Source: Phoronis australis
Lineage: Eukaryota > Animalia > Phoronida
Direction: 5' to 3'
DNA: 64,000 bases
NCBI GenBank assembly: GCA_002633005.1
Contig: NMRA01000431.1
Location: forward strand, 123,733-187,732
Part shown: positions 48,027-61,827 of the stretch, piece by piece
Numbering within the stretch: position 1 is the stretch's first letter
How the letters are laid out: each line of letters begins with the position of its first letter
The notes under the pieces: generated by a model
What the model saw: the letters and a program-made list of their open reading frames with translations, nothing else
Databases searched by the model: none
Told to the model about the DNA's origin: nothing
Translations under genes and position numbers: made by a program

Positions 48027-50896
48027 CAAATAAAGTTCAGTCATGTTATTGATACCATTGTTTTGTTTTAAGTGTACATTGTTTTTTTTGCTGAATTTTA
48101 CTAAAAGACCTAATTAATGTCGAAAGTCAAATTTTACAAGCTTTCTGCTTTCAGAAAATGTATGCTTTAGTTAAAATATATAGTTTTGCAGATATTTGGT
48201 AAATACATAGACTTGTCAATAAGCTAATACACAAGTTTAATGTTTCCCAACTCCCAAGATGCATATGTGTTTGTATGTGTCCTTACAAGATTTGCTCATC
48301 TTTTCCCATGGTTATCTTGTGAGGTAATTGGCAGTTGAAGCTGTCCTCCATTGTGGAAAATTGAACAATGAGAGGACAGTTGATTAAACCTAACTTGGCC
48401 CATTCATTCAGTGATTGGTCTGTTGCAATGAATGTTGGGTTCCCACAGTCATCTACAGCAGTTTTCATATCAAATTAAGGTTTAACTTATCGGAAAACTT
48501 ATTTAATGACCTCCATTCTACCTCATACATGTCAAAAATCGAAGCTATGTCAAGTATATATTTTCTGTTTTATGTTATGTGCCTTGATTTTATTATGTTA
48601 CCACCCTTTGTAAGTCAAAACTTTAATCTTAATGTATTAAACAGCAAATTCAATTTCTCAATTCAACAAACCAATCTCGCCGACCAATCACTTCATTGAT
48701 CGACAAGCATAGTCGCGAAACACTCGCTTTTCATTCGATTTTCTAATGTGTTACAAGGTATTAAATTCTTCGCAAGAAACTGGCTCTCTTGATATTCCTT
48801 GGTTTTACATGTAATATGGTATTCTGTGTTGTGTGTTGACACTCAATAGATATCAAGATCGTTCCAATTCTGTTCTAGATACTGTTGATATCACTTTATG
48901 CATTTTCCATGGCACCCGTTGTTTGCTCTCAAAAGTTTGAATAGTTTGCTCTGAAGACTACTTTTAACATCATGTTAGCTTTACCCTGTCTCAGATTTTC
49001 ACTGAGCCATAGTATTTTCGAAGCTGTTTGCTGATATGGTGTCATTAATAATTTACGTGTTGGCACAACTCAAATATTTACTCATGAAATGCCCTTGAGC
49101 TAGAGTACTGAAGCATTATCTCCAAAAAATCATGTAATGGTACTTTAAAGTTATGTTTGGCTATTTGGAAAATAATCCGATGATCAAAATGTAATTTACA
49201 AATACTTGATATAAAATGCCAGTCTAGACACTGCTGTTGCATTTTCCAGTCTTTTGGATATGATATTAATCAAATATCTATGGACCTGGATGGCTGCTTG
49301 GCTTTTGCTCTTGTACACATCACAACTATAATTATGCTCTTACTGGTATTACAATACAATTATTATTTTCAATGCTTCAGACTGTCCTGTAAAAAGACAA
49401 TGGGTCAGTTATTGGTGACCAGCAGTGAGTAAATAATGGCCAACAGTGAAATTTTATCTTCTATTTCTTAACCAAAAAAAATTTCAAGTTTTTACTTTTT
49501 TATTAGCACAACTTGTCAGATGAGGTCAACCAACCCACTATGGTATTTTGAACATGTTGTAAAGCAGCAAGGTTTTGGAAATAAGTAACAGTTTTGGCAT
49601 TTTTTGTTGGAATTTGAGTAAAGTAATTACTTTATGGTATTCTCCAGCAACTGAGGTAAAGCTGAGTGAACTCAGAGGGCTTAGAAACGCTAACTTAAAG
49701 ATGTAAGGCTAGTCTATAACCACATTTTGGAAGCGGTATAGTATTGCTGAGTGTCAACCAATTGCACAAATAAAAGAGAGATTGAGATTAGTTTGGTGAA
49801 ATACTTTTTGGGTACAATAAGGTGAATGTGTGAGAGCGATTATTGCTGTGTAGTGTAGCATGAGCCAACTGGTAATATCTTGCACTGAAAATGGGGCTGT
49901 TTCCCAGAAGTTGGGCAGGCCACAAGACACTTCAATATGCATCTCATTGAAGCCAGCCTTAATTCACTTATGTTCTGAGTGATGAGCCTTTGACAGATGT
50001 CAGTGACTGTAGCTTTTGTCTTCTTGTCTGATTGTCTTGGTAATAGATGTGCCTTCTTATATGTTTTCTTGTGATGGTGACAGATCCCAACGGTCCATGA
50101 TCGACCCTGAGATAGGGCTAATTACTGGTTTGTGAAAGTGTTGTATTGTTAATTAGAGAATAATATGCCTTTGTCGTCATGAGGTCTTCATAGTGAGCAG
50201 CTTCAAAGATGAGACTGATTTATTAGTCGGCTGTTTTTTGTAGTGAGCATTATATTGTGATTCTTGTCAGGCTATGTATTCAGAAACAAAACCATTTGAT
50301 TGGCCAGAAGAACTTAACATCATCTAGAATTGTGGCCGATATGTGCCTGTTTATAGATCTTTGTCAATGAAAAGAAGACCAGGTCTATCTACTATTGATA
50401 ATTTGAGAACATCCATATAATATCAACAATCTTTATTTGAATTTTGAGCTGTCTTAATCAATTACTAAGTGTTCCAATTGCACGACAGTAAGAAACTTGT
50501 CTAGAATGTGCAACCCGTATCTGACCCAGCTATTTCCATGCTAATTGTCTTTTTAACATTTCCCTAGCCTCTACACCTGTGCTTCTCTTTGTTATGTGAA
50601 CCATGTGTAACAAGTCATCTTTACTACGCTTACTCCAAAATCTGTGAGTCTTGCAATATGCTCTGTTTGTTTGGTTACATTGCAGCTTCAATACCAGATT
50701 TTGTATTTGCGAATTCTCCTTGTTCCTTAAGGTTTAATAAACCCTTTTCATCTACCTAGTAACTAACCATAGGTCTTATGTGATATCAGGGCCCCGGGCC
50801 TAATCTTTCCACTGGAATTAAAAATGGAAATATTTTTGACGTTGTATATTCTACTTTTGTGTTCACTCAAGAAAAGTGTTCATTATTCCATTCTTG

Positions 50897-50990
50897 AATA
50901 CATAATGCTTTAGATGGTTAACTTTCTAATACATAATGGTTTAGGTGGATAGCTTTCTAATACATACTGGTTTAGGTGGATAACTTTCTA
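50897..50990. repeat. 31-bp tandem repeat, 3 copies
   Basis: AATACATA.TG.TTTAG.TGG.TA.CTTTCT three times. Confidence 0.9.
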
Positions 50991-51935
50991 GTCCTAATTT
51001 GCAATTGATGACTGCAGCATTAAAGCAAAAATTGAGTTTAAACTTGAAATTTTTATCCTAAATCTCAAGTTTTTGATTGAGTTTGTACCTTGAAACTAGG
51101 GGTCATGAACTTGCTCTAGAAACGCATATACATGAACCATAGTGTGCTCAAGTACAGAATAATAGACACTTAGAGTTTGTGCAAAAGTATAAAGGAAAAT
51201 AGCAAAAATAATATCGAGTTTGATTTCGAGTACAAAGATTAAAGCCCAGCCCCAGAATCATTAGTCATCAATTATTATGGGCTTACTGCAACATTATCCA
51301 GGCGAAGAGCTTTGAGTCGAGCAATCCCCAGGGCAGTTATACAGGAGCAATATACGAGACATGTCGTTCACATGAATTACTTTTCACCAACAAATACTGA
51401 GATATGCCGTTCACATGAATTACTTTTCACCAACAAATACCCGACAAAAAGTGCCTTTACTGATTCAATTCCCTATTCTGTTTCAAAATACTACATACAA
51501 AATTGAAGTACTTTTGCAACACAACTGTACAAAGGTTTGAACATTTTAGTAGTGGTTTGTTGTGTTCAAAATATACCGTCAAGGTAGTTTTGAAGAAGTT
51601 CTAGTAACCATTTTGCAGGGCTTAAAGCTCCTACAAAATAATTAAATTGTGAAAACATTTACAAATCAGTTAAACGTTTCATCAGGAAGCTCTCTCAACA
51701 AATAGATCCCTTTTGATCTTGCTTATGGTAATATATGGCCAACAAATGGAATTTTATTTTCTGATTTTTCTATCAAAGATAGGTTGCATCAAAGTAATAC
51801 TTTCACATGTTCAAGTTCTGCACCCTTGCCACTATTGAACAATGTTTTGAACAATGGTGAACTTTTGCAACAATTTTAAAAGCTCTTGAAAACATGAGAA
51901 AAGGACAGTTTAATTTGACCAAAATTGATGAGATT

Positions 51936-52275
51936 TCAGTGGGTACATATCCAGATACCTCAACTATATAGAACTCTGGTAAAGTCAGTGGGTACATATA
52001 CTTATACCTCAACTATGTAGTACTCTGGTAAAGTCAGTGGGTACATGTCCTTATACCTCAACTATGTAGTACTCTGGTAAAGTCAGTGGGTACATATCCT
52101 TATACCTCAACTATATAGTACTCTGCTAAAGTCAGTGGATACATATCCTTTTACCTCAACTATGTAGTACTCTGGTAAAGTCAGTGGGTACATATCCTTA
52201 TACCTCAACTATGTAGTACTCTGGTAAAGTCAGTGGGTACATATCCTTATACCTCAACTATGTAGAACTCTGGTG
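51936..52275. repeat. 49-bp tandem repeat, about 7 copies
   Basis: TCAGTGGGTACATATCCTTATACCTCAACTATGTAGTACTCTGGTAAAG at 51936, 51985, 52034 and onward. Confidence 0.97.
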
Positions 52276-55200
52276 TAAAGTGTTAGTACACATCTCAACA
52301 ATATAGCCTAGTACTGCCATTGAAAGGAACGGTAAGAGTCACATCAACTGCCTTAAGACACTTCTGTATGTCACGACTTCCAAGATATTACGAGCAAGTG
52401 AGTTTCCTGAGATGGAAATGAGTGCGCCAATGTACTAATGCAAAGGACCGTACTACTGGAATAATTACAATTTGTTAGGTCACCCTGCACTTAGACACAC
52501 TTTCCCAAGCCATTCTACCCAGGCAGTATTATTATAGTCACACTGCTCTGTTGCACGACCATTGCACTACTCGTGCTTTTTGCCTCTGCTGCAAAACTGA
52601 AAGAAGGTTGTTCATAGTTCTGTTGTGGGGTTCATACCCTGGCCAACAGCTTGTTTGTGGTTTCCCAGGCTGTCAGGTTGGTTAGCAGAAAAGATTAGAC
52701 AGGTGATGAAAGCAGTGATGCTTTAAGAATGTTTGTGATGAACAACATCAAGAGTTAACTGTTAACAACATACTACAGAACCTCTGTAGTACCGTAATTC
52801 TCAAATTGCCTATCCCACATACCACTTGTACCATACTTCTCCACTGGCATGCCTATCCTTGTCTTTAGTTATGTGTGGCACTGTTCCTAACCACTAGCCT
52901 GCCCCTATTTATTGCAGATCTTTTGAGGTACTATGTTTCTCCACTGACATGGCTACCCCTATCTCCAGTGCTATACTATACATAACCACTAGCCTGCCCC
53001 TACTTGCAGATCTTCTGAAGTATTATACTTCCTCACCTACATGCTCATCCATATTGAAAGTCATCAAAAGTGTTACTGCAATTCTTCACTTATTTCGCAC
53101 AAAAATAATTGCTGAAATGGTCATTTTCTATTTTTCAAAGGCTTGTTACATTTTCCCAAATAGTGGCATTTAACTGTTTGAAGTCATCTACACACTGTAA
53201 TCTGTGCTTTTAACAGACAAAAATTGTTTAATTTTTACTTCTATGGAGAAATTTAACAAAATAAAATTTCACTTATTGCCTAATTTTGCATGCTAAATAA
53301 GTGAAGACTAATAATTTCCCACTTGCCTATCATCATATTGCATCACTTGGCTTACAGACAAATGAAAGGGTTGTAAATGTGAATCAGGGTGGAGGTCCCA
53401 TTCACGGGCAGTGTTAAGTCAGATTTGTCTGTTGTTCATCCATAGCTTTTATGTTCTGAATGGATGGAAGTAAATTATTTCTTTAAAGAAAACTCATTTT
53501 AAAGTGGACATTTATTTCTATACCTACCTATTTGCTGGAAGTGTTTTCAGCACCCTTGCTCACCTGAGGGGAAGGTGCTGGTATCTTCTGAAATATAACA
53601 TTTTTGGGTAAGAGAAAATCCCCCGTCATCACCAATGCTCAGTTCTCAAAATGCTCAAAATTTCACTGTGTGTTTCTTACTGGCAGTCTACTACGGCATA
53701 TAAAGTTTAAAAATAATCAAGCAAAATTGTCTTCTTGTTTATTCTTAATTTTAATCAAATAAAATTTTACTGTCTTACCATATGGTGTTCTAATTAAGGT
53801 TTTAACATACCCATCCCTAAACTATCATGGAAGATCAGCAGCTCAGCTAGTCCAGTTATCTGCACTGTTTAACACATGTCATAGGTAAAAAGTTTTTCTG
53901 TATCTAGTAATCTGAAGATTCCAACTTCATACCTTTCATGGTGTTAGTTGAGATTTTCTTTGCTGTCATGCCTATAACAATAAATGTGAGGGTGTCACTT
54001 GTGCTTAGTCAACAGCAAGTGAATCCTGGATGCCTTGTTTGGTGTTGATTAAAACAATAATTTAGCCATTTTTCCTGAAAAAAGAAGACATTTGAAAATG
54101 CATCAACTTTCTGACTGGCTTTATAAGTTGAAATGTTTTCGTCAATCAATCAATTCCCTCTCAGGAATTGATTTGTGAAGATATTCATCTTGCTGAGGCT
54201 AAATACAGGAAGCCAGTACTTGTGAGATGTTTCCGTGGACAACGCTTCGTTAACTGTGTGTACACATTGCGGAATAAATTGTCTTACTATGGATTATTGC
54301 ACACAATGGTAATAGAGTCAGACAACTGTTAATCACTAGTGTCCAATGACCTGTGTTAAGATGATTCCTCTGCGGTATACTCCCTGTGCTAGATCTGTGC
54401 TTTCTCTGCTTAGCAGGAGTTAAAAAGTAAGCATGTGCATTTTCTTCCTGACAATCAATAAATTTTAAAGAAATGCGATTTTTTGTATGAAATTCACCTC
54501 GCTTTATTTCTGGTGTTACATATATTTTAGCCATAGAAAGTTGTGTAATTTGTTCTGGTTTGAGTACGACGTATTTTGAAAGCGGCGCCTCACTGTTTAA
54601 AAAATGCCCATCTGCATCATTTTTAGCATAATTCTCTTTTCAAAGCTACCGAAACGTGTCTTGGTTTGGTTTTGTCTTGGGGTAGTCCCCCTTAGCAAAG
54701 GTATCACCAACATTAAGGTAATTTTAAACGAAAGATTAGCAAAGTTACCATATCGACCTTACTTTCCTTTATTTACAGGTCGAAATAGACAAAGGGCAAC
54801 TGTTTGTTGGTTGATTGATCAAAAGGTGACCGTGTTAACATTTTCAATGTACTGAAACCAAAACACTGGAATCACATTTAACTTGAACTGAGGCATAAAG
54901 ATAGTGACCTAAGCTACTCTATTATTGTAAGATAATTTTTGACTTTCCCACAAAAAGATGGATGTAAGTGTTGTTCTCTCTTATCAAGAGCTTGGCTGTC
55001 TGACGTAAATGTGACGTAGTAATTGTGTGGTTGCTTTTTGACCGTGAAATTACTGTACACGGGTATAAATGAGTGTACCTGGGCTTAGTAAATGACCGCT
55101 TTTGTTATGCTTGGGTAAAATTTGATGCGTCCTCAACCACGGTATTGATTGGAAAAACTGTGAATTCTTTGCAGTCTTCTAAGGAACTTGACTCGTGAGA

Positions 55201-58200
55201 CAATTTGCTGCCTCTGTCACCTGTGTCTTTGTATTCCCCCCTTTAATTATAGACAAATATTAACTTGTCATTTCTGCCTGGCTACCACATTGCTGCCTTA
55301 GTCACATAGCTATGGAGGCAGGTCTACTCAATTCTTGGGATGACACAAACTACCATAGCCTGACACAGCATAACTATTTTAACAGCCATGTTTCACCTAG
55401 TAAAGCCAGACTTTTCCTATTACAAGGATTAGATTTCCTTAGAGATTGGGTAGGAGTGCAATGTCTTATATGATCATAACAGCCAGATATTGCTAAACAT
55501 TCTTTGAATTATGTAAATCTGCTATTCAAAAGTTGTTTTCTTTACTTTTTCTTAATACTATGTGGTCTATTTACCAGTTTTTTTGAAAAGCAGTTTTTGA
55601 TTAATTTGTGTGAAAAAGTACTTCATATGCAAAAGAGCAACACAAGTGGCAAGAACTTCAAACATTAACTGTACTGAATTACGCAGACAAGAGCAAGTTT
55701 CTTGATAGAAAAGTAACATCATTCTAGCCTTGGCAAGAGTTTACCATGTGTTACAAGGGAACCAGTAGTCATACTAGCTTTTCTGGCAAGCTCCTGAATG
55801 CCACTGTGGTTATGAAAGTTCATATAGCTAACTATGGTACTTTCGGGACCTTTCTCTGAACTCTAGCGAAGTCATTGGCCAGGCTCTGACATTAATTCTG
55901 CACCTTTGCGCTGAAGAGAATGTTCCCACACTCTCATTTCAACAGTTCACTAAGAGCCAGTGCATACAGTTTATTAAACACATCTCAAAACATCATCAAA
56001 ACTCTTGAGCACAGTAAACACATTATATCAACTCCCTCACTTGCATAACATCTGCAGTATGTTGGTGAAACGTCACCAGATCTGCAAGGTTTACAGTTTC
56101 AAGCTTTCCTCATGCATAGTCATGGAAATATCAGTTTGTAAACTTCTAGACCAGTCATTTTTCATTCTAGACTAGCAGCATAAATATGGTCTTGCTGTCT
56201 CCACTCTGCCTTCTCTTAGATCAGAAGTTACTCACATGACTAGATAAATAATTATTATTTGTTTTCCTTAGTTTTCTTTCTTGAATTGATGTGCTTGAAA
56301 TTTCCCTCCAAAACTGTGATATCATTAGCCTACATATGATGTAAAGTATCTAGAGGATCCATTCCCTTCTCATGACGCAGCTTGAGTTATGCACTTTTAG
56401 CTGTTTGCAGGAAAATTGTACTCAAGTGGTCTTGTTTTATTCCTTGTTCTTATGCAAGTCCTAGATGCCGTTCATGTTTCTAATAGTTTCCCATGGGCTG
56501 CAGCAGGGTAACAGCTGGCTCTGCTCTGACCAGAATAGGGACATGTAACATGACAGCAATTTCACAGCTGTCTGAAGCTGGGTTGACCAGTGATGGATGA
56601 GCCATTACAGGCCATTGTTTCCAGTGCACTTGTGGGGGAGGGCCAACAGTCTGATAGCCTTTTGTGTTGACAGTGTATATTCAGTCTGGGGGCATTATTA
56701 TTTACTATGTATTTTGTGGTAGTCTACTGTTAAGAGTTATTTACCCCCATGCAGCGCCTCCTAGAAAACCATTCTTTTGGTTCATGTTTTTATTGTGGAA
56801 CCCTTTGTTTTTGATGTGGAAAGTTAGCATTACTAATTACATAATATTACTTAACCACTGATACATCTGCTAAAGGTAGTAGTACGAAAACTTCTGATAT
56901 ATGGTGATATTGACCATCCTGACCATGAAATATAATTATTTCATGCTGTCTGGAGGTCAATGTACACTGTAGAAACTAAACCCTGACAACGAAGCGAACA
57001 GATGATGTCAGTCCACCAAGGTAAGTAAGAGCATGCTAATCTGGTAAGAGACAAAAAAGTCAAGAGTCAAGCGGTAAGAAGCATCAGTTAAAACAAATGT
57101 GAACTGATCTCTTGGGTGTATCGGTCCATGTGACTTGATATCACCTTCGGGATTCGTACTTATTTGTATTCTACTGATAACAGTCTGAATGGAGTCTGAA
57201 TGGAGTTGTGTGCGATAGATGCAAAGGGGAGGAGTCACCACTGTAAATTTGATTTGCTTAAGTTTGAAGTTTGAGATTTTTACTTAAAAATTGATGTTGC
57301 ATGGGTCATTCTCAAAGGACATGCAAATGTTTTGACCTGGGTTTCTGAGTGACATGCCAAGAATTGTACAATGACACTTGGCTTACCTCAACATCCAACT
57401 GCTTCCTGGTGGTTTGGTAATTGGCCCAATTGTGTGCCCAGCAGAATTAATGAGGAACGTATTATTCCAACATTCAACAAACGTTTTAGATTCTAAAAGT
57501 CACATTTCTTGTGCAGTTTTCAAAATTCGAAAACCTTATCACGCATGCTTTTCATGAAGTATTCAAATATGCTATTTACAAACATTCAAAATGAAAATTT
57601 AATAATACTATTGTAGCCCCAATGTGTTTATGATGGGTCTCATTGTCTGCAGAATGATAACATCAGCAGCTCGAGGCAATTTAATTAACCGCAACAGCAT
57701 GGTGCCTTTGATCTAAACTGGTAGATTCTGTGGTGTGCAAACTGGTCTGGTTGCCCAATCTCGACTGGTTATGGTGCCAACATAGGATTCTTTTCATGTT
57801 ATGTCGCATGGTTAAAAAGCATTAAAAGTTGCGAATATGATGCCAGTGAAACTAATACATTTGTGGTGTATGTACTTCTATAATGCCTCACAATATTGTC
57901 ACTCAGGCTGTAGATCTACATACAGTAGTGATGTGTGTACTTCCATAATGCATCGCACATCACCAACGCTTCTGATCTGTGCATGCTTCATCCTTCTCAA
58001 CTCCCTGTGGGGTATAGAAGACATACATCAGGAGTTGCTTGTGCAAAGATGTGACCTTGTCAATCAAATGTTATGGACTACTGGCCTGCTACTCAGGCTC
58101 ACTTGAGTGGTATGAAGATTTTGATGTCACAGTGGGCCCTGTTCTTTGGCTTGCCCTAAAACTTGGTCTTATTGCAGAATATTTTCTTATTGCAAACATT

Positions 58201-58719
58201 AGATTACATAGGAATATTTTTCAATCACATGGACCACCAATCTCCCATTAAAGCTGGAATAGTATGCTTCCTCAGTAACCTCACCATTCAACCTTTGGTG
58301 ATTGGTGTTCCTTGAAATATCCTTGAGTATAAAATCTGCATTCAATCAAATGTGAGACTGGTATATTACTGTGTCTATGCAATTTAAGCCTGTTCAATTT
58401 AACAAGAAATTGCAGTCATTATCTTTTTAGTGACCATGTTTGCTTCAATGACAGTGTTGTGCCTCTGCCCATTTCTAAGCACTGCATATCCACATTGAAG
58501 GATGTCATGCAAACATTCAAAATCAGCATCTGATGTCTCAATTGTGAGTTTTCTTGCTACATGGTAAATTTGCCCGCATTTTTGAAAGTACTGACACTAC
58601 ACACTATATTCGAACCCGATTAACTGCTCATCTTAACTACACCTAAATTAAGTTTAAGTTTTGATTGCCCGTTTGCATAATTCAAGAACTTTGTTTTTGG
58701 CAATCTGACGAAAGAATCA

Positions 58720-59467
58720 TTTTTGTGCTCCCTCATATTTATATGCAGAAACATATTGCCGTCATCTCTGTCTGGGCCTCCGGCATTTGTGACTATCTCC
58801 TAAACCCCTTGCACGATCATAATAAGATTGGGCAAATGTGTTCCTATGAAGCTGACAACAGATGGCGATGAGTTTTGGATCGATCTTTATGTTCTGCCTC
58901 CTAGTGGCAAGTTTATTTTTTTTTAATTTTGTCTGTATCTTTGGACATTCTTGATGGATTTTCATGAAGTTTAGAAAATAGTTTTCTGTTAAGGATGTAA
59001 CAATGCCTTCTCGTTTTGCATGAATTTGACACATTCTGTGCTATCTGGTGGCATTTTTTAAAAAGAGTTAAGTTTTTACGTCTGCCTCTCTATCCGTCAA
59101 TTGGGATCATTACGAAAATTGGCTAATGAGTTCCTGATGAGAAAACCACAGCTGACGCTGATTTTCGGACGTGTTCATCTACTTTGGCGACCCCTAGTGG
59201 CAATTTTTTTTGTATCCACGGTTACATCTCATTAGCTATTTGGAGGAAATTCATGAAATTTAGCAGATATGTTCCTATGGAGATGGCAATGAATGACTAC
59301 GAGTTTCAGACCAATCCGAACTACAGCTGTGCACCCTGGTAGCAATTGTATCTTTGGAGTTCACTGATGGGTTTTGTGAAATTTGGCAAATAGGTTTCAA
59401 TTAAGGAGGCAATTATGCCTTTTTGTTTTCGGACAGACTCGACCTATTCTGCGCTACTTATTGACCA
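58720..59467 (+). mobile_element. Oldest HINE-family layer of the nested cluster (related fragments at about 62040-62300 and 63690-64000)
   Basis: Decayed head TTTTGTGCTCCCTCATATTTATATGCAG...GCCGTCATCTCTGTCTG and monomer cores GCCTCCTAGTGGCAA and GACCCCTAGTGGCAA. Confidence 0.7.
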
Positions 59468-61827
59468 TTTTAATGCACCCACATATTATATATGGTCGCA
59501 TATTGCTGTCATCTCTGTCTGAGCGTCCGCCGTCCACAGCTGTATCTCCTACTAACCCCTTATAGGATCTTGATGAGATTTGGCAGACTTGTTCCTATGA
59601 AGATAACAACAAATGACGACAAATTTTGGACCTCTCCATCTACAGGTATGCCCCTTAGTGGCAATTTTTATGCGCCCACATATTTATATGTGGACGCATT
59701 ATGCCGTCATCTCCGTCCGTCCGTCCGTCCGTCGGTCCGGGCGGCGTCCGGCGTCCGGCGTCCGCTGATCTATCTCCAAAACCCTTTGACATACATTCAT
59801 GAAATTTGGCACATATGTTCCATTCATGAATGGGACGGCATGTGCGAACTTTCGGACGGATCCGACTACCGGTGTGCCCCCTAGTGGCAATTTTAGTTTT
59901 TTTACGCTTACCTTTGTATCTTCAATAGTCCTGAACGGATTTTCATGAAATTTGGTATGTAGGCACCTATTAGTGAGATGACGCTATCCTCCCATTTTCG
60001 GATGGATTCGACATAGTTTGCGCCACCTAGTGGCCATTTTTAGTGTTTTCGAGTCTGTTTTTGTGCGTCCACCCCTCTATCAACCAAACCGCTCAAAGGA
60101 TGATTGTGAAAATTGGCATGTATATGCTTACTATGTAGAGGATGGTTGACGATGATTTTCCGACGATTTCGACTACTGTGGCGCCTCCTAGTGGCAGTTT
60201 TGTTTTTTTGCGCCTATGGCTGTATCTCCTAAACCGTTCGCAGGATCTTTACAAATTGTGTAAGTATATTTATATGATGTTAACAACGGAAGATGACGAC
60301 TTTTGGTCGGATCCGACTACCGGTGTGCCCCCTAGTGGCAATTTTAGTTTTTTACGCTTACCTTTGTATCTTCAAAAGTATTGAACGGATTTTCATGAAA
60401 TTTGGTATGTAGGCACCTATTAGTGAGATGACGCTATCCTACTGTTTTCAGATGGATTCGACGTAGTTTGCGCCACCTAGTGGCCATTTTTACTGTTTTC
60501 GAGTCTGTATTTTTGCGTCCACCCCTCTATCAACCAAACCGCTCAAAGGATGATTGTGAAAATTGGCGTGTATGTGCTTACTATAAGGAAGACAGCTGAC
60601 AATGATTTTCAGACGATTTGGACTACTGTGGCGCCTCCTAGTGGCAGTTTTTTTTTTTTGCGCCCATGGCTGTATCTCCCAAACCGTTTGCAGGATCTTT
60701 ACTAAATTTAGCAAGTGTATTTATGTGATGTTGACAACGGACGATGACGACTTTAGGATGATTCTGAATACCGGTATGCCTCTAGTGGCAATTTTAGTAT
60801 TTTACATTGACCTCTGTATTTTCATAGGTCTTCAGGTGTATACTTTGTGTTTCTTCGTGACTATGAAGGAAAAGTTCCAAGTAGAAATTTGTTTCTGGCA
60901 TTCTAATGCTGTACTAATCTCGTATGTTGGTAAATTTGTTTTTAATTCTATGTTTCTGTGGTGCTTTTAAGCAACTGATGTATAGGATGTGCTTGTATTA
61001 TGAAGATCACTCACAGTTTGCCCCTAGCCTATTGAGGAGACAATGACCATGATCCCTTTCCATTTTGCAAAGTAAAACATACTACATATATGCCCTCTAC
61101 TGGCCACTTTATGGTACCAATAAACAACCCTAGAAGGATACCGTATACGGTGCAATTGTGGGCGCATTTCAACGCTCTGCGTTGCTCTTGTAGTTTTTTA
61201 CACTTACCACTATCTCCAGAAGTCCTCAACAGATATTCATGAAATTTGGCAGTTATGCATATATTAGTGAGATGACGCTATCCTCTCGTTTTAGGATGGA
61301 TTCAAGGTGTTTTGCGCTACCTAGTGGCCATTTTTACCGTTTTGAGTCTGTTTTTTAGTGTCCGCCCTTCTGTCAATCAAACTGCTCTAGGGATGATTTT
61401 GAAAATTGACGTATATGTTCTTACTGTGAAGGGGTAGGCTGATGATGATATTCTGTCGACTTCGACTTCTGTGGTGCCTCCTAGTGACAGTTTTGTTTTT
61501 TTGCACTTATAGCTGTATCTCATAAACACTGCAGGATATTTATTTAACTTTAGCAAATGTATTCATGTGAAGTTGACTACGGACAACGATGACTTTCAGA
61601 CGTATCTTACATTTTCCTCCGTTTCTTTGAAGTTCCTTTGCAGATTTTTATGAAATTCGGTAAATAGCTTTCTATTAAAAAACGATGGCATGTTCAAGTT
61701 TTTGGATGGATTCAACATATTTTGTGCCATCTTGTGGCCGTTTTTACGATGCAAATAAACACTCCTGGAATCGCACCATTTGCGGTGCATTCGTGCGCGC
61801 ATTTCAACGCTCTACGTTGCTATTGTT
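59468..61827 (+). mobile_element. Older HINE copy interrupted by the 59665-61191 insertion
   Basis: Diverged head TTTTAATGCACCCACATATTATATATGGTCGCAT at 59468. Monomers resume at 61192. Family 3' end GCGCATTTCAACGCTCTACGTTGCTATTGTT ends at about 61827. Confidence 0.8.
59665..61191 (+). mobile_element. Young full-length HINE copy nested inside an older copy, in the Jagged intron
   Basis: Near-identical to 2554-4082 with intact termini. The flanks (GTGGCAATT | AGTTTTTTACACTTACC) rejoin into a monomer of the same family. Confidence 0.92.

Noticed and set aside
51670-51692. CTGATGAAACGTT on the minus strand, hammerhead-like
   Set aside because: No stem II between CUGAUGA and GAAA, and no Penelope context.
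56972-57020. Possible Jagged exon ending at CAAG|gtaagt (57020)
   Set aside because: I found no match to the expected TLxVEAW or DSL sequence, and the acceptor is poor.
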